From NCBI GenBank assembly GCA_030390025.1, contig CM059433.1, positions 10,728,001-10,792,000 of the forward strand: a stretch of DNA of 64,000 bases, read 5' to 3'. The notes beneath the pieces are model-generated. The model made no database searches and was not told where the DNA came from. It saw only the letters and a program-made list of their open reading frames with translations. The DNA comes from Squalus acanthias. Its lineage: Eukaryota. Made by a program: the position numbers and the translations under genes. Below are positions 23,390 through 35,390 of the stretch, in pieces. Position 1 is the stretch's first letter. Each line of letters opens with the position of its first letter.

Positions 23390-24623
23390 CAAATCAGGTT
23401 GGGGGCCGCTTATGCTGCCTTAGACTGGACCTATGATGAGGACCAACATGACCAGCAACAGCACCAGCAACAGCAGCAGAAAAGCACCAGCAACAATGGC
23501 AGCACCACCCTGCTGGTCACAGACCTGTAGCTCTACAGGAGAGTGGGGAGCAGCAGAGAGCTGCAGCTCGCAAGAGGCCATTCCCGGCACACAGGGTCTA
23601 CAGGCAGAGGATAAGTTTCCTCGACATATCTGAACACCAGTTTCTCAGGAGGCTCAGGGTGTCGCGTCAGGTGGTGACAGACATTTTCAGCCTGCTGGAA
23701 CAAGACCTGCTGCCAGCTGGACCTGGTGGCCACGCTTTACCGGTGGCTGTCAAAGTCACCACTGCCCTCAACTTTTCTTCCAGGGCTCTGCCGGAGACAT
23801 TTGCAGGATCTCCCAGTCGGCAGCACACAAATGTATAAGACAGGTGACTGATGGCTTGTGTGCCAGGGCCGCCAATTATGCCAACTTTGCCTGCGATGAT
23901 GCCAGTCAGAATGAACGGGCGCTCGGATTTGCGGCTCTGGCTGGCTTTCCACAGGTGCAGGGCCTCATCGACTGCACACACGTGGCAATTAAGGCACCCA
24001 TAGATCACCCAGGAGTGTTCGTCAACTGCAAGGGCTTCCACACCATCAATGTGCAGCTGGTGTGCAACCACAAAAAGATCTTTATGCAGGTGTGCGTAAG
24101 ATTCCCGGGCAGCTGCCATGATGCTTTCATCCTGCGCCAGTCCATCCTCCCAAATGACTTCACACCTGGAAGCAGAGCTACCGGCTGGCTGCTCGGAGAC
24201 AAGGGATACCCACTTAAAACGTGGCTGATGACACCTCTCAGAAACCTGAGGAATGAGGCCCAGGAGCGCCACAGTGAATGCCATATGACCACCAGATATC
24301 TCACTGAGCAAGCCATTAGCATGCTGAAGATGCGCTTCTGGTGCCTGGACAGATCTGGAGGCACCAGCCAGGGTGTCCAGAATGGCCGTGGTGTGCTGCG
24401 CTCTGCACAACATTGCGCAGCAGTGAGGTTTGGACCTGCAGGAGGGAAAAGGTGCAGAGCACAGAGCCTCTTCAGAGGATTCGAGGAGGAGGAGGAGGAG
24501 GAGGAGAAGGAGGAAGACGAGAAGGAGGAGAAAGACAAGGAGGCAGTAGGTGATGAGGGCAATGTATCACCAGCGGCGCACATTGCTGCCCGGGATGCCC
24601 TGATTATTGCGAGGTTCACGTAG
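23390..24623 (+). pseudogene. Harbinger DDE transposase (HARBI1-like), frameshifted
   Basis: LPVAVKVTTALNF, GFPQVQGLIDCTHVAI, KGFHTINVQLVC, FPGSCHDAFIL, WLLGDKGYPL, TEQAISMLKMRFWCLD, poly-E tail. Start position approximate. Confidence 0.93.
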
Positions 24624-24921
24624 GATCCACCAGTGCACCTATCTCACAACCTCATGCAAAAGCCACTTTTCATTCCCCCCCAATGCCACTAACAAAAAAC
24701 AATCCTGCAAATAACCAAGCAGCCCTTCCACATCTCCCCATTGGTCGCTGTCAATTCAGGTCTTCCCATTCATCATCAAACAACTGAAAAAAACAACGAG
24801 CAACCAAGAATGGGCAACACAGGAAAGTGGTGCAAAACAATAATATTTATGTGCATCAAATGAAGAAAAGACATTTAACAATACAAAATGTGTAAGAGAC
24901 CCATGTCCATACTTTGTGCAA

Positions 24922-26870
24922 CTACAAATCTTTACGATTCCTTTGCCTAGTGCTTCTACGTGGTGCAACCCCTATGGTTTGAGCAGAGGTTGAGGCAGGC
25001 TGCTCACATCCCTGTTCTGACTGTTCAGATGCTCTTGGCCGACGTCCTCTGGGTTTTGGAGCCCGTGAGGGGCCCGCCACCTGCACCTGTGCAAGGGCAG
25101 ACTTGGCCATCGGGACACGAGGCACATGTCAGGTACTGACTGAGGGGGTGGGCGGGTGGGGAACAATGGGTGAGAAGTGGAAACGCTTTGAGCGGAGTCC
25201 CCACTTCCATGTCCCCTTTCACCATCATTCCTCTCTTAGCCCAGCTGCACTTCCTGCTACCACTGTGCTGGAGGACACTTTTTCTGCAGATCAGTGGGAC
25301 GCTGCAAGGACAAGGCTCAGGAATCGCTAATCCTGTTTAGGGTGACATCCAGAGTCTGCAAGCCCTTGTTCAAGGCCTGCAGGCACTAGTTCGATTGCTG
25401 CGTTTGATGCTCCATGCAGTTGGCCACTCTATCCATGGAAGAAGACACCATAGCATACAAGGCTACGGACCAAGTGCTGGAAAATGGGATTAGAATAGAC
25501 AGGGCTTGATGGCCGGCGCGGACACGATGGGCCGAAGGGCCTCTTTCTGTGCTGTATAACTCTATGGCTCTATGACTAAGATATCATAGCAATGGCTTGT
25601 GCTTGAGGCAGACACCTCCAATCTTTCTGCAATCATGGACAGTGTGCTTGGAATCCCTGCCAGTACATAGTACAGTACCTCGCTGCTGCTCAATGATTAT
25701 CCTCTTCATCGACGGCCCCCGGGATACAGTATCTGCGTCCAGCTGAGCAGAACTTGGAGGGGGCTGCGCTGTCCGACGCGGACTCTCCGCTGTTGTCCCT
25801 GACTTCACCATCTCCTCTTGCTCACTTGTGAAGTGCGAGTCACCAGGTGAAAACCCAACTATCTCTGTAACTGGTCCCACCGAAGTGTGAGTATCTGAGC
25901 TGGTGCATGGTCTGCATGAGTCCTGTGATGGTGCAGCCTCAGGGGGATTGAGCTCCTCTGAGGAGTCGTCGTCAGTGACCTGGACCAACTCCTGCTGGAT
26001 GCATGAAGGCCCAGGGGGAGATAAAAGACATGAATGAGTCCTGTCAAGGTAAGAATAATGCAAGTTATCAAGATGAACATGATCATATCTCACTCGCTGT
26101 TGACATCAAATCAACATGACTGAGTGTTGTATGCCATGTGGCTGTCCGATATTTAATTCTGTCACCAAGTAGCTGGGAGGCTCCCATCTCCCAATCTCCG
26201 ATGGCCAGGCATGCCAAGACTCCATTGATCTCCAGCTCCTCCTCCTCTGCAGCTGTTAATTGCGAGATGGCTGGCAGGCCACCTCTATTTCTTTGACTCT
26301 CCTTGCTGTGCTCTGCTGTCTTCTCCTGCAAGGAAGGAAAGAAGAGACCTATGAGTGAAAGTAATGGCATGTGTTCACCCAATAGATGGAGAGTATTTGT
26401 TGAGGGTGACTATGAGGGAGAGGCATGACATTGCATAAGGAGGAGGGTGAGTGTCAATGGTGGATGGATAGATGGGGATGTGAGGAAGTACATAGACAGA
26501 GGGATGGGTGCACTTGCAAGGTAAGGTGATGTGAGGAGTGATGTGCTGCAGTAGGCTTGAGAAGGCAGAGTGAGGGGGTTGGGGTGACAGGCACATCAGG
26601 ATGTAGGTGAATGTGCCACTGCTCTCACCTTTCCTGCCCTGGTCAGGTCATTGAACCACTTCCTGCATCGGACCCAGGAGCGTGGCACTACGCTTCTGCT
26701 GCTGACCGCTTCTGCCAGCTCCAAACACACCTTCTTGGTTTCCCCAGCAGGCCTCTTCCTCCTGTTGGTAGAGAAGAGTATCTCCCTCCGGGTCCTCACT
26801 GCCCCCAGCAACACATCCAGGGAGGCGTCCGTGAAGCTGGGCACAGCCTTTTCCATCTCGCTCCCATTTC
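24922..26870 (-). pseudogene. Harbinger Myb/SANT-like protein gene, multi-exon, disrupted
   Basis: PSFTDASLDVLLGAVRTRREILF...RSWVRCRKWFNDLTRAGK | GT-AG intron 26628-26326 | EKTAEHSKESQRNRGG...LTAAEEEELEING; C-terminal APRRSTR. Confidence 0.87.
25451..25577 (+). mobile_element. Short CR1-type 3' end inserted in the Myb gene of Harbinger 2
   Basis: ggctacgg...gatgggccgaagggcct...ctgtgctgtataactctatggctctatgact tail. Confidence 0.7.
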
Positions 26871-27256
26871 TGACTTTCCTCCTCTCTACTTCCCAACTCC
26901 AACTCCTTTCAACTTGCATATTTGGAGTGTCCCTTTAAATACTGGAGTTGAGATCGCGTCATGCGGGTCGTCATCATCGCTGACGCTGATTGGACGGGAA
27001 ACCCGGAAATAAAACCCGGAAGTGGCTGCGTTAAAAAGCCACTGACAGACATGCTTAACATATTTTTGGGTTCCCCACATGATATTGGCCCCCTCCACCC
27101 TGCTCCCAGCGCGTCTACAAGTTAAAATCCAGCCTGCGAAGACTGAGGGGTGACCTAATGGAGGTCTTTAAAATTATGAAGGGGTTTGATAGGGTAGATA
27201 CAGTGAAGATGTTTCCACTTGTGGGGGGAGATCATAACTAGGGGCCATAAATATAA

Positions 27257-27725
27257 AAATGAGAAGTCGCACAACACCAGGTTATAGTCCAACAGATTTA
27301 TTTAAAATTACAAACTTTCGGAGCTATCGATCGCCCCTTCTTCAGGTAAAGTTACAATGAGTGAATCTACAAAAGTTCACAGAATTTAAACACAGAAAAT
27401 GCAGAGATACAATCTTTCCTTACATCAAAGACACACCAAAAGCACAGCCAAGACAATGAGATGTGTCCCAGGGGGTCCAACGTGTCAAATCCTGCTGTCT
27501 GCGTATCCTCTCCATATCCCTTCCTCTCTCTCCGTCCTTTTTGGGTTTGTATTTTGGGTTTGTTTTTTTGTGTTTGTTTTTTAGCGTGACATGAACCCGA
27601 TATCCCTATTGAGGCCGTCCTCATGGGTGCGGAACTTGGCTATCAGTTTCTGCTCGATGATTTTGCGTTGTCGTGTGTCTCGAAGGCCGCCTTGGAGAAC
27701 GCTAACCCGCAGATCCGCATCATGA
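27257..27725 (-). mobile_element. Penelope-like element (family A) 3' fragment with ORF end and pLTR
   Basis: Minus translation DLRVSVLQGGLRDTRQRKIIEQKLIAKFRTHEDGLNRDIGFMSR* (GIY-YIG C-terminal type); pLTR with CTGAAGA...GAAA; 12-bp TSD CCATAAATATAA (27245-27256 / 27726-27737). Confidence 0.88.
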
Positions 27726-28714
27726 CCATAAATATAAGATAGTGACCAATAAATCCCACAGGGAATTCAAGAGAAACCTCTTTACCCAGAGAGTGGTGAG
27801 AATGTGGAACTCGCTACCACAGGGAGTGGTTGAGGAAAATAGCATAGATGCATTCAAGGGGAAGCTAGATAAACACATGAGGGAGAAGGGAATAGGAGGA
27901 TATGCTGATTGGGTGAGAGGAAGAGAGGTGGGAGGAGGCTCGTGTGGAGCATAAACGCCGGTATAGACCAGTTGGGCCGAATGGCCTGTTTCTGTGCTGT
28001 ATATTCTGTGTCAGGAGTAGCTTCATGATTGCAATATTAATACGAAAGAACCAAAATAAACTGAAAGCAATTTAAAATAAAAACTAAAATTTTAAAAATT
28101 TTGATTTTACTTTATTTATATCTAATATTTTATTCTATCTATTCAATGTTTTTTTCATTAAAATTAAAAAAAAAGGCTTCAAAATACACAGGTTGTGTCC
28201 CAGTGTCTGTTCGGCAGCAGCCCGTCTAAATACAGGCTTCTGATTGGCTGTAAAAGCAATTTTTATGCCAATTGAAGCCAAGAAGTCTGAAGATTGACAC
28301 TAGTTGCATCATGGATATTACCAGGTCAATGTCTGACAAGATTTTCTAACCAGTAGCTTGAATTAAATCACTTGCTGTACAGCAAGAGGTTAAAGAAATT
28401 GAATTGACATAGATTAATGGTCAGGTATCCACTAGGTTGCAGGAACTAAAATCCTTCAGCTAACTTTAGGCTTGTTAATGTTGTATTCAGGCCACAGATG
28501 TATTTGTAATCTTTTTTGAGTTGCTTTAAACAAATTGCTTAATTGTTTAGGCTTAGTGGGTCCTTTTAATGGAACATGTTGTAAATGCTTTACTTTGAAT
28601 GGTATCAGCTGTTGGTTTAGCTTCAGGATGGTCCTGAAGGTGGCCTGAGTTTGGGCAGCCCGTGAGGTTAATTAAGGTCACATGCTGCCCCTTAATCTCA
28701 TGTGGAATCTAATC

Positions 28715-29171
28715 TTTAACATATAGCACCTTTCACAACCACCAGATGTCTCAAAGCACTTCACAGCCAATGAAGTACTTTTGGAGTGTAGTCACTGTTG
28801 TAATGTGGGAAACGCAGCAGCCAATTTGCACACAGCAAGCTCCCACAAACAGCAATGTGATAATGACCAGATAATCTGTTTTCATTATGTTGATTGAGGG
28901 ATAAATATTAGCCAGGACACTGGGGATAACTCCCCTGCTCTTCTTCGAAATAGTGCCATGGGATCTTTTATGTCCACCTGAGAGAGCAGACGGGGCCTCG
29001 GTTTAACATCTCATCCGAAAGACGGCACCTCCGACAGTGCAGCACTCCCTCAGCACTGCACTGGCGTGTCAGTCCTAGATTTATGTGTTCAAATCCCTGG
29101 AGTGGGGACTGTGAACCCACAACCTTCTGACTCAGAGGCAAGTGTGCTACCAACTGAGCCACAGCTGACAC
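28715..29171 (-). mobile_element. Full-length tRNA-derived Deu-domain SINE (SacSINE1/DeuSINE-like)
   Basis: Head tggctcagttggtagc...gggttc; central gtctttcggatgaga.gttaaaccgaggcccc...aaagatcccatggcactatt; L2-like tail. Family name is recalled, not searched. Confidence 0.85.
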
Positions 29172-29909
29172 TGTTTCAAAGTTTGAATATTTTGAAGTTG
29201 TCCCTGTGTCCCACCATGTTCGATGGATGCAGTGATCATATTCACGGTATAGATTTATAAATGTGACACACGGCGATATTAGCTTTCTGCGCAGATTATT
29301 GACCAAGTGACCATATCTGTAGGTTTAAGTTTTTGCAAACAGTTTTATGCTCTGTTTCCATGGTTACAAGTGGCATAGCAATGAAAGAAGCTGTAACCTG
29401 ATTACCATGTAATTCACTGCTCACTGTGGAGCCCATGACCTGTCTGTGGCTCTTGTTCTGTAAACAGGATTCGGCAATTCTCTCGTGGTTGGAAATCTAC
29501 CCCATATCTTTAATTAAGAATCGTCCCTTTATGCATAGAGGTAGTTTTGCTTATAGCTGGTTTTACCAGGTTACGACTTCTTGAAAACCGCTTACATTTC
29601 ACCCCCTGTTAAGAATATCTCAGCGTCCCGCAAAAGTGTTCTGATGTGGCTTTAGAAAGATGGGAACAGCTGCAAAGTTTATCTATGGTGCTTTGCTGAT
29701 GATTTAGTGGGTCAACCCATTGCTTGGCGTGGCACGGAGCTACACAGACTGGGATGTCCCCCTAATCTCCGCTGAGTTAGCTGATCTCAGCCGAGTGTTG
29801 GCAGCAGGGGTGTGGCGTCCCTTGAGCGATGGAAGTGTAAAATCAAGGTGTCCTGCTCCTGATTGCTACCCTGTGACCTGTGGTGGATAGTGGGCATGTA
29901 TGTATGTGC

Positions 29910-30135
29910 ATGCCCTGGCCAATATTTCTCCCTCGACTAACATAACAAAAAACAGATTATCCGGGCATTTTCACATTGCTGTTTGTGGGAGCTTGCTGTG
30001 CGCGAATTGGCTGCTGCGTTTCCCACATTACAACAGTAACTACACTTCAAAAGTACTTCATTGGCTGTAAAGCGCTTTGGGACGTCCGGTGGTTGTGAAA
30101 GGCGCTGTAGAAACGCAAGTCTTTCTTTTTTCTTT
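29910..30135 (+). mobile_element. Deu-domain SINE, 3' half
   Basis: Matches 28715-29171 in the opposite orientation. Confidence 0.82.
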
Positions 30136-30604
30136 TATGCACGTTTAATGAGCAAAGGATCAAGCTTCTTACACGTGAAGATTGGGCAGCGGATTGGGTG
30201 CTGCAAGTTGCCCCTGGGTTGTGGAACCGTATCCCAGCATAAATCTTCAGGAGAGGAGAGGGGAAAAATTTGGAAATGGAAATAAAAGGTGCTTTAAAAA
30301 AAAAAGAGATCTGCTGCAAAGAACATCCACAGGCTGTTAAAGGGTGATTTACTGAGTTACTAAACAAAGAAGCATGTCATTGCATTAGTTCATCATCTCT
30401 TGTTACTGTTGCAAGCTGGTTGTGGATCTGCCTGTTGTATTCCCAGCCACCCCCAGGGGTCAAAATTGTTGTCTCTGGCGATTGTGCCAGGTACTACGCA
30501 AAGCACAAATTGCACTCACAGTGAAAACCAAGCTGCAATATTTTATAACAGTCATGTGAACGATAGAACCTGTTACACAGCAAACATTCCCCTGGGTCAA
30601 GATG

Positions 30605-30850
30605 AAAGAAAGAATCATCCTGCATTTCTATAGCGTCTTTCACGACCTCAGGACGTCCCAAAGCACTTTACAGCCAATGAAGTACTTTTGAAGTGTAGTC
30701 ACTGTTGTAATGTAGGAAACGCGGGAGCCAATTTGCGCACAGCAAGCACCAAAAATATCAATGAGATAATGACCAGATCACCTATTTTTTTTGTGATGTC
30801 AGTTCAGGGATAAATATTGGACAGGACACCGGGGAGAACCTCCCTGCTAC
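30605..30850 (-). mobile_element. Deu-domain SINE, 3' half
   Basis: Matches 28715-29171. Confidence 0.82.
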
Positions 30851-31552
30851 AGCAAGAATTGTCATTATTCCTGGTTCTAACAATTGCGCCTACTAGAAAC
30901 TTTTTTAATGAAGTGACAAACAAACATGGCCACCGATTTCCTAAGTACGACTGGCATGTTTTGCATGCCTTAAACTTTTTTATTTTGTCAATTTTGTTGG
31001 GGTACAGGGGCATGGGTGCTGAAAGCCTTCTGGTAACCTCAGACAAGTGGGTGTTTTTTACATGTGAGCCGTGACAATGAACATGGACAGACTATTCAAC
31101 TTTGGGGGCATCACAGAACAGCCTGATATTAATCTCACCTGACATCTATGCACATGCACTTTCAACAGATATTGCTAGACGCTGATTAAGAGCGAGAACC
31201 CTGCCTGTTTTTTTTCCCCTTCCCTAACCCAGGGGCACTGAGGGCAAGTGTAGATTGCTTACTTGCACCGCAATGGAGTACAGTTAAGTTAACACAGACT
31301 GGAATTGAATCGGGAGCCTGCCTGGTCTGTATGGCTCAGGCACTCACTAGATAAACTTGCCTGAGTCATCGGGCAAGCACAGCCAGTAAACTTTATGACA
31401 GGGCTATCAATTATAAGAATTCAGTTTGATTTTTAAAGTCTGAACTGTACAATGGAGCATGCATAATTCAGAGACTACAATTCAGTGGGATGGGTGCTCC
31501 CAAGTGTATGATGGCACTTTAGGCATAATTATCCAACTTCTCACTCTCAACT

Positions 31553-32070
31553 CTCAGCTGTGCCTCAGTGGTAGCTTAGAAACATAGAAAATAGAAGCAG
31601 GAGTAGGCCATTCGGCCCTTTGCGTCTGCTCCGCCATTCAATATGATCATGGCTGATCCTCTCTTGCCTCTGGGTCTGGAGAGTGTGGGTTCAAAGCTCC
31701 ATTCCACAGACTTGAGCACACAATCTAGCCTGACACTCCAGTCCATTACTGAGCGAATGCGGCATTGTCGGAGGTGCCGTCTTTCAGGTGAGACGTTAAA
31801 CCGAGGCCCTGTCTGCTCTCTCAGGTAGGTGTAAAAGATCTCAAGGTGCTATTCGAAGAAGAGCAGGGGTGTTCTCCCTGGTGTCCTGGACAATATTTAT
31901 CCCTCAGCCAACATTGCTAAAAACTATCACATTGCTGTTTGTGGGAGCTTGCTGTGTGTAAATTGGCTGCCAAGTTTCCTACATTACAACAGTGACTCCA
32001 CTTCAACAAATCACTTCATTGGTTGTAAAGTTGTGAAAGGTCTTGTATAAACACAAGTCTTGCTTTCTTT
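31553..32070 (+). mobile_element. Deu-domain SINE with a short CR1 tail (about 31577-31660) inserted in its tRNA head
   Basis: Head cagctgtgcctcagtggtagc is interrupted by tagaaacatagaaaatag...ggctgatc and resumes ctcttgcctctg. Confidence 0.82.
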
Positions 32071-33216
32071 CTAACTGACAAAAGTAAAAATTAGGGCCCA
32101 CCAGGCGCGCCAATGCAGAAAATGACCCCCTTTTTTATTCCAGAGTTAACCTGCTGCCCAGTGAAGGTTATCTGGGTCTTCCAAAAGGGTGCGATATGAT
32201 CTGTTCGTAGAATTTTCTCATGTGAATTGGTAGATGAAGGTGTGATCTGAGCTCTCCGGGAAAAGAGCATTGTCCTTCAACCCCTGGAGGCCAAAAGCTA
32301 TCATTCCGGTAGACACTCATGATCCACAGTCGTTGCTCCCCAGGGAGGGATGGCGTGGGCATGGCCAAACAGAAGAAATTAAGTCAGTGCGGAGCGCCCG
32401 TCACGCCATCCCTCACAATGACTTCCTGTGGGGTCAAAATGATGGATTACCTCAAACCAGTCTTAACCGCAAAGCAAGAGTTTCTCAGGAGCCAAGTATT
32501 CTAAAATCTGTCGTGTGGGATAAAAGCACAAAGTTATTTATAATTGCATTGGGCTGAGTGAACAGTATCTCCAAGATCTGGGTAATGTTGCATGAAAGAT
32601 TCACGGGGGACCCGTAGTTGACAAGACTTGTGCAATATTATTTCAGCATCTTCCTTCTCACAGCACTAGGCATGCTAATGTGAGTTTTAGGAATGTACGT
32701 TGCATATGCACAGAGAGCAATGTGATATCTGCTTTAAACATACTTGATATTGAATTGCATCAACAGTATTCACTAACCTTTTCTTCTAAAGGAGCATCTG
32801 CTGAGCTCGCAATCCCTGGCGTAAATCTTCTTGTGTTGTTCATGACATCAATCATGAGTAATGTATCTGGATGAGGCTGATAACACATGATGTAATTGTC
32901 AGAGGAGTTCAATTATCACCACGTTACTTGTGGGATTACTGCAAGAACAGGCTGCAATTTACTCATAGCTAATTTATAATCAACGTGACCGAAATCACAA
33001 CAGCCGAACAAACATCCACATTTGTTCACAAATTATTGCTTATTTTCATTCTTTTGCTGAGTACAATGGAATTCAGTTTTAGCCATCACTACTTGTATCA
33101 ATCACTGGCTTGAAATGATCGAACTATCCCTGCTAAAATCATGACCTGTGTGGTTGCTTTCACTTATAATGGTCAATGGTATCGATCAAATTAACTGTAT
33201 TGCGGCTGTAATCAAA

Positions 33217-34100
33217 GGGGGGAAAATTCAGTTGGTTTGCGCCTCCCGTTAGCGCCTTAAGAGGGCGCTAATGGGGCGCAAAGCAACTAGCGCCCGGGCG
33301 CGGCGATGTTTGCGCCGCTCGCGAAATTAACTAGACATTTTGCGGCGGCGCTAAACACTACCGCCACGATCTCCTGCGCCGGCAGATCGTGAAGTCAGTC
33401 GAGTGCGTAGCACCCCGGAGCGGATATTGAGTGGCGCCCCCCTGCCTTACCGCCTGCCGCTTGCAACGACAGGTTGAGGGGAGCGTTTTGCAGTCAGGAA
33501 GGGACTGGGGGAGCGCTATTTAAAGGCGACCGCTTCCTGCCTTTTATTGTTAGTGACATTTTTGAACCACGCATTCTGAGAGAGAGAAAGAGAGACTTCT
33601 AGAGAGATTCAACGCTGTGTGAAGGAGTTTTGGGTACTGAGCAGCACTTTGCAGGTTCATTTTGATTTGCACTTCCTTGTATCGATTTAGAAGAGACTGT
33701 GGGGGTTGCACTCTGAGCTCTTTGCCTGGTACTCTCCATTGTTCTTTCCAGCAGATTTGATGTACAGGTCTCTCCAGGCTGAGATTCAAGGCTGCAATGA
33801 GCAGGATGTGGATGGAAAGCAAGATCAACCATCCCCTTTAAGAACTGGCCCGCGCCATTGTGTCTGTGTTCCATTGCTGACTGACATCGCATGAGCTTCG
33901 CCAGCGCTCTGAGTTAGCGCCTCGCTCCTCGGCCTTTGTGCCTTAAGACAGATGTGTAGCGCCTGATTTAGCGCTCCAATCACCTCCAGGGGCGATAAAA
34001 GTCAAGTTTGCAGTCGGAGGCGATAATTAGCGCCAGGCGCTAATCTTTGCGCCCGGCCGATAATTGCGCCCCAAATGGGGCGATACTGAATTTCTCCCCC
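33217..34100. mobile_element. Harbinger-like non-autonomous element (884 bp)
   Basis: 16-bp TIR GGGGGGAAAATTCAGT / ACTGAATTTCTCCCCC (14/16); 3-bp TSD AAA; GCGCC-rich subterminal motifs. Confidence 0.82.
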
Positions 34101-34339
34101 AAAGTCTCTTATTTCCACAGAAGAAAGAACTTTACACTTTAATTCCATGCGTGAGCTGTGAAATCCTTTCCTGCACTGGAACAGTTGTGTTGAACTACTA
34201 ACCTGTGTTTATGAAGCAAAGACAGGCATCTGCTAGCTAAAACTTGGAGTTGCTCACAACCCGAGTCTGGATGTTCTGCTCCTCCCTACTCATCCACCTG
34301 AGTCTCAATGCTCCATCTCTCCCTGTTCACCTAAAGAGA

Positions 34340-35335
34340 AGAATGTGCATTTCTATAGTGCCTTGCACCACCTTAGGACATCCCAAAGCGCTTTGCAGCC
34401 AATTAAGTATTTTTTTTTATTCGCTTATGGGATCTGGGCGTTACTGGCAAGGCCAGCATTTATTGGCCAACCCTAGTTGCCCTTGAGGAGGTGGTGGTGA
34501 GCTGCCTTCTTGAACCGCTGCAGTCCGTGTGGTGAAGGTACTCCCGCAGTGCTGTTAGGGAGGGAGTTCCAGGATTTTGACCCAGCGACGATGAAGGATC
34601 GGCAATATATTTCTAAGTCAGGATGGTGTGTGACTTGGAGGGGAACTTGGAGGTGGTGGTGTTCCCATGCGCCTGCTGCCCTTGTCCTTCTAGGTGGAAG
34701 AGGTCGCGGGTTTGGGAGGTGCTGCCGAAGAAGCCTTGGCGAGTTGCTGCAGTGCATTTTTTGTAGATGGTACACACTGCAGCCACGGTACGCCGGTGGT
34801 GGAGGGTGTGAATGTTTAAGGTGGTAGAGGGGGTGCCAATCAAGCGGGCTGCTTTGTCCTGGATGGTGTCGAGCTTCTTGAGTGTTGTTGGAGCTACACT
34901 CATCCAGGCAAGTGGAGAGTATTCCATCACACTCCTTACTTGTGCCTTGTAGATGGTGGAAAGGCTTTGGGGAGTCAGGAGATGAGACACTCATCAAGTG
35001 TCGTCACTGTTGTAATGTGGGAAACGCAGCAGTCAGTTTGTGCACAACAAGGTCTCACAAACAGCAATGTGATAATGACCAGACAATCTGTTATTTTGTG
35101 ATGTTGATTGAAGGATAAATATTGACCGGGACACTGGGAAGAAAGCCCCTGCTCTTCTTCGAATAGTGTCAGGTGATGTTTTACTTCCACCTGAGAGAGC
35201 AGATGGGGCCTCGGTTTATTGTCCCATCTAAAAGACAGCACCTTCAGACAGTGAAGCACTCCCTCCAGTACTGCACTGCTACAGTTAGCCTTCCATTAAT
35301 GTGCTCAAGTCTCTTGAGGGAGATTTGTAATTGAC

Positions 35336-35378
<43 letters not shown>

Positions 35379-35390
35379 GCTGACACCTAG
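34340..35390 (-). mobile_element. Deu-domain SINE split by a LINE insertion
   Basis: SINE tail 34340-34410, resuming at about 34993 and running through to the tRNA head. Confidence 0.82.
34410..34992 (-). mobile_element. Non-LTR retrotransposon 3' fragment (same family as 50146-51776)
   Basis: IYKAQVRSVMEYSPLAW...LDTIQDKAARLIG; A-rich tail; closely similar to 50146-50725. Confidence 0.9.

Larger units (their letters stand above)
22647..27135. mobile_element. PIF/Harbinger DNA transposon 2 (4489 bp including nested inserts)
   Basis: 14-bp TIR GGGATGGATTTTAA / TTAAAATCCAGCCT (12/14); 3-bp TSD GAG/GCG; cleanly splits a CR1; convergent transposase and Myb genes. Confidence 0.92.
22400..28010 (+). 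mobile_element. CR1 LINE 3' fragment split into three pieces (22400-22646, 27136-27256, 27726-28010) by later insertions
   Basis: LYRALVRPHFEYCAQFWSP...LGL continues after 27136 as RLRGDLMEVFKIMKGFDRVD, and after 27726 as NLFTQRVVRMWNSLP plus 3' UTR. Confidence 0.9.

Noticed and set aside
23844..24623. Host HARBI1 gene
   Set aside because: It lies between TIRs with a TSD, is paired with a convergent Myb gene and is frameshifted, so it is a transposon copy rather than the domesticated gene.
29095..29171. tRNA gene
   Set aside because: The tRNA-like box A/B sequence runs directly into the Deu-SINE body in every copy, so it is a SINE head.
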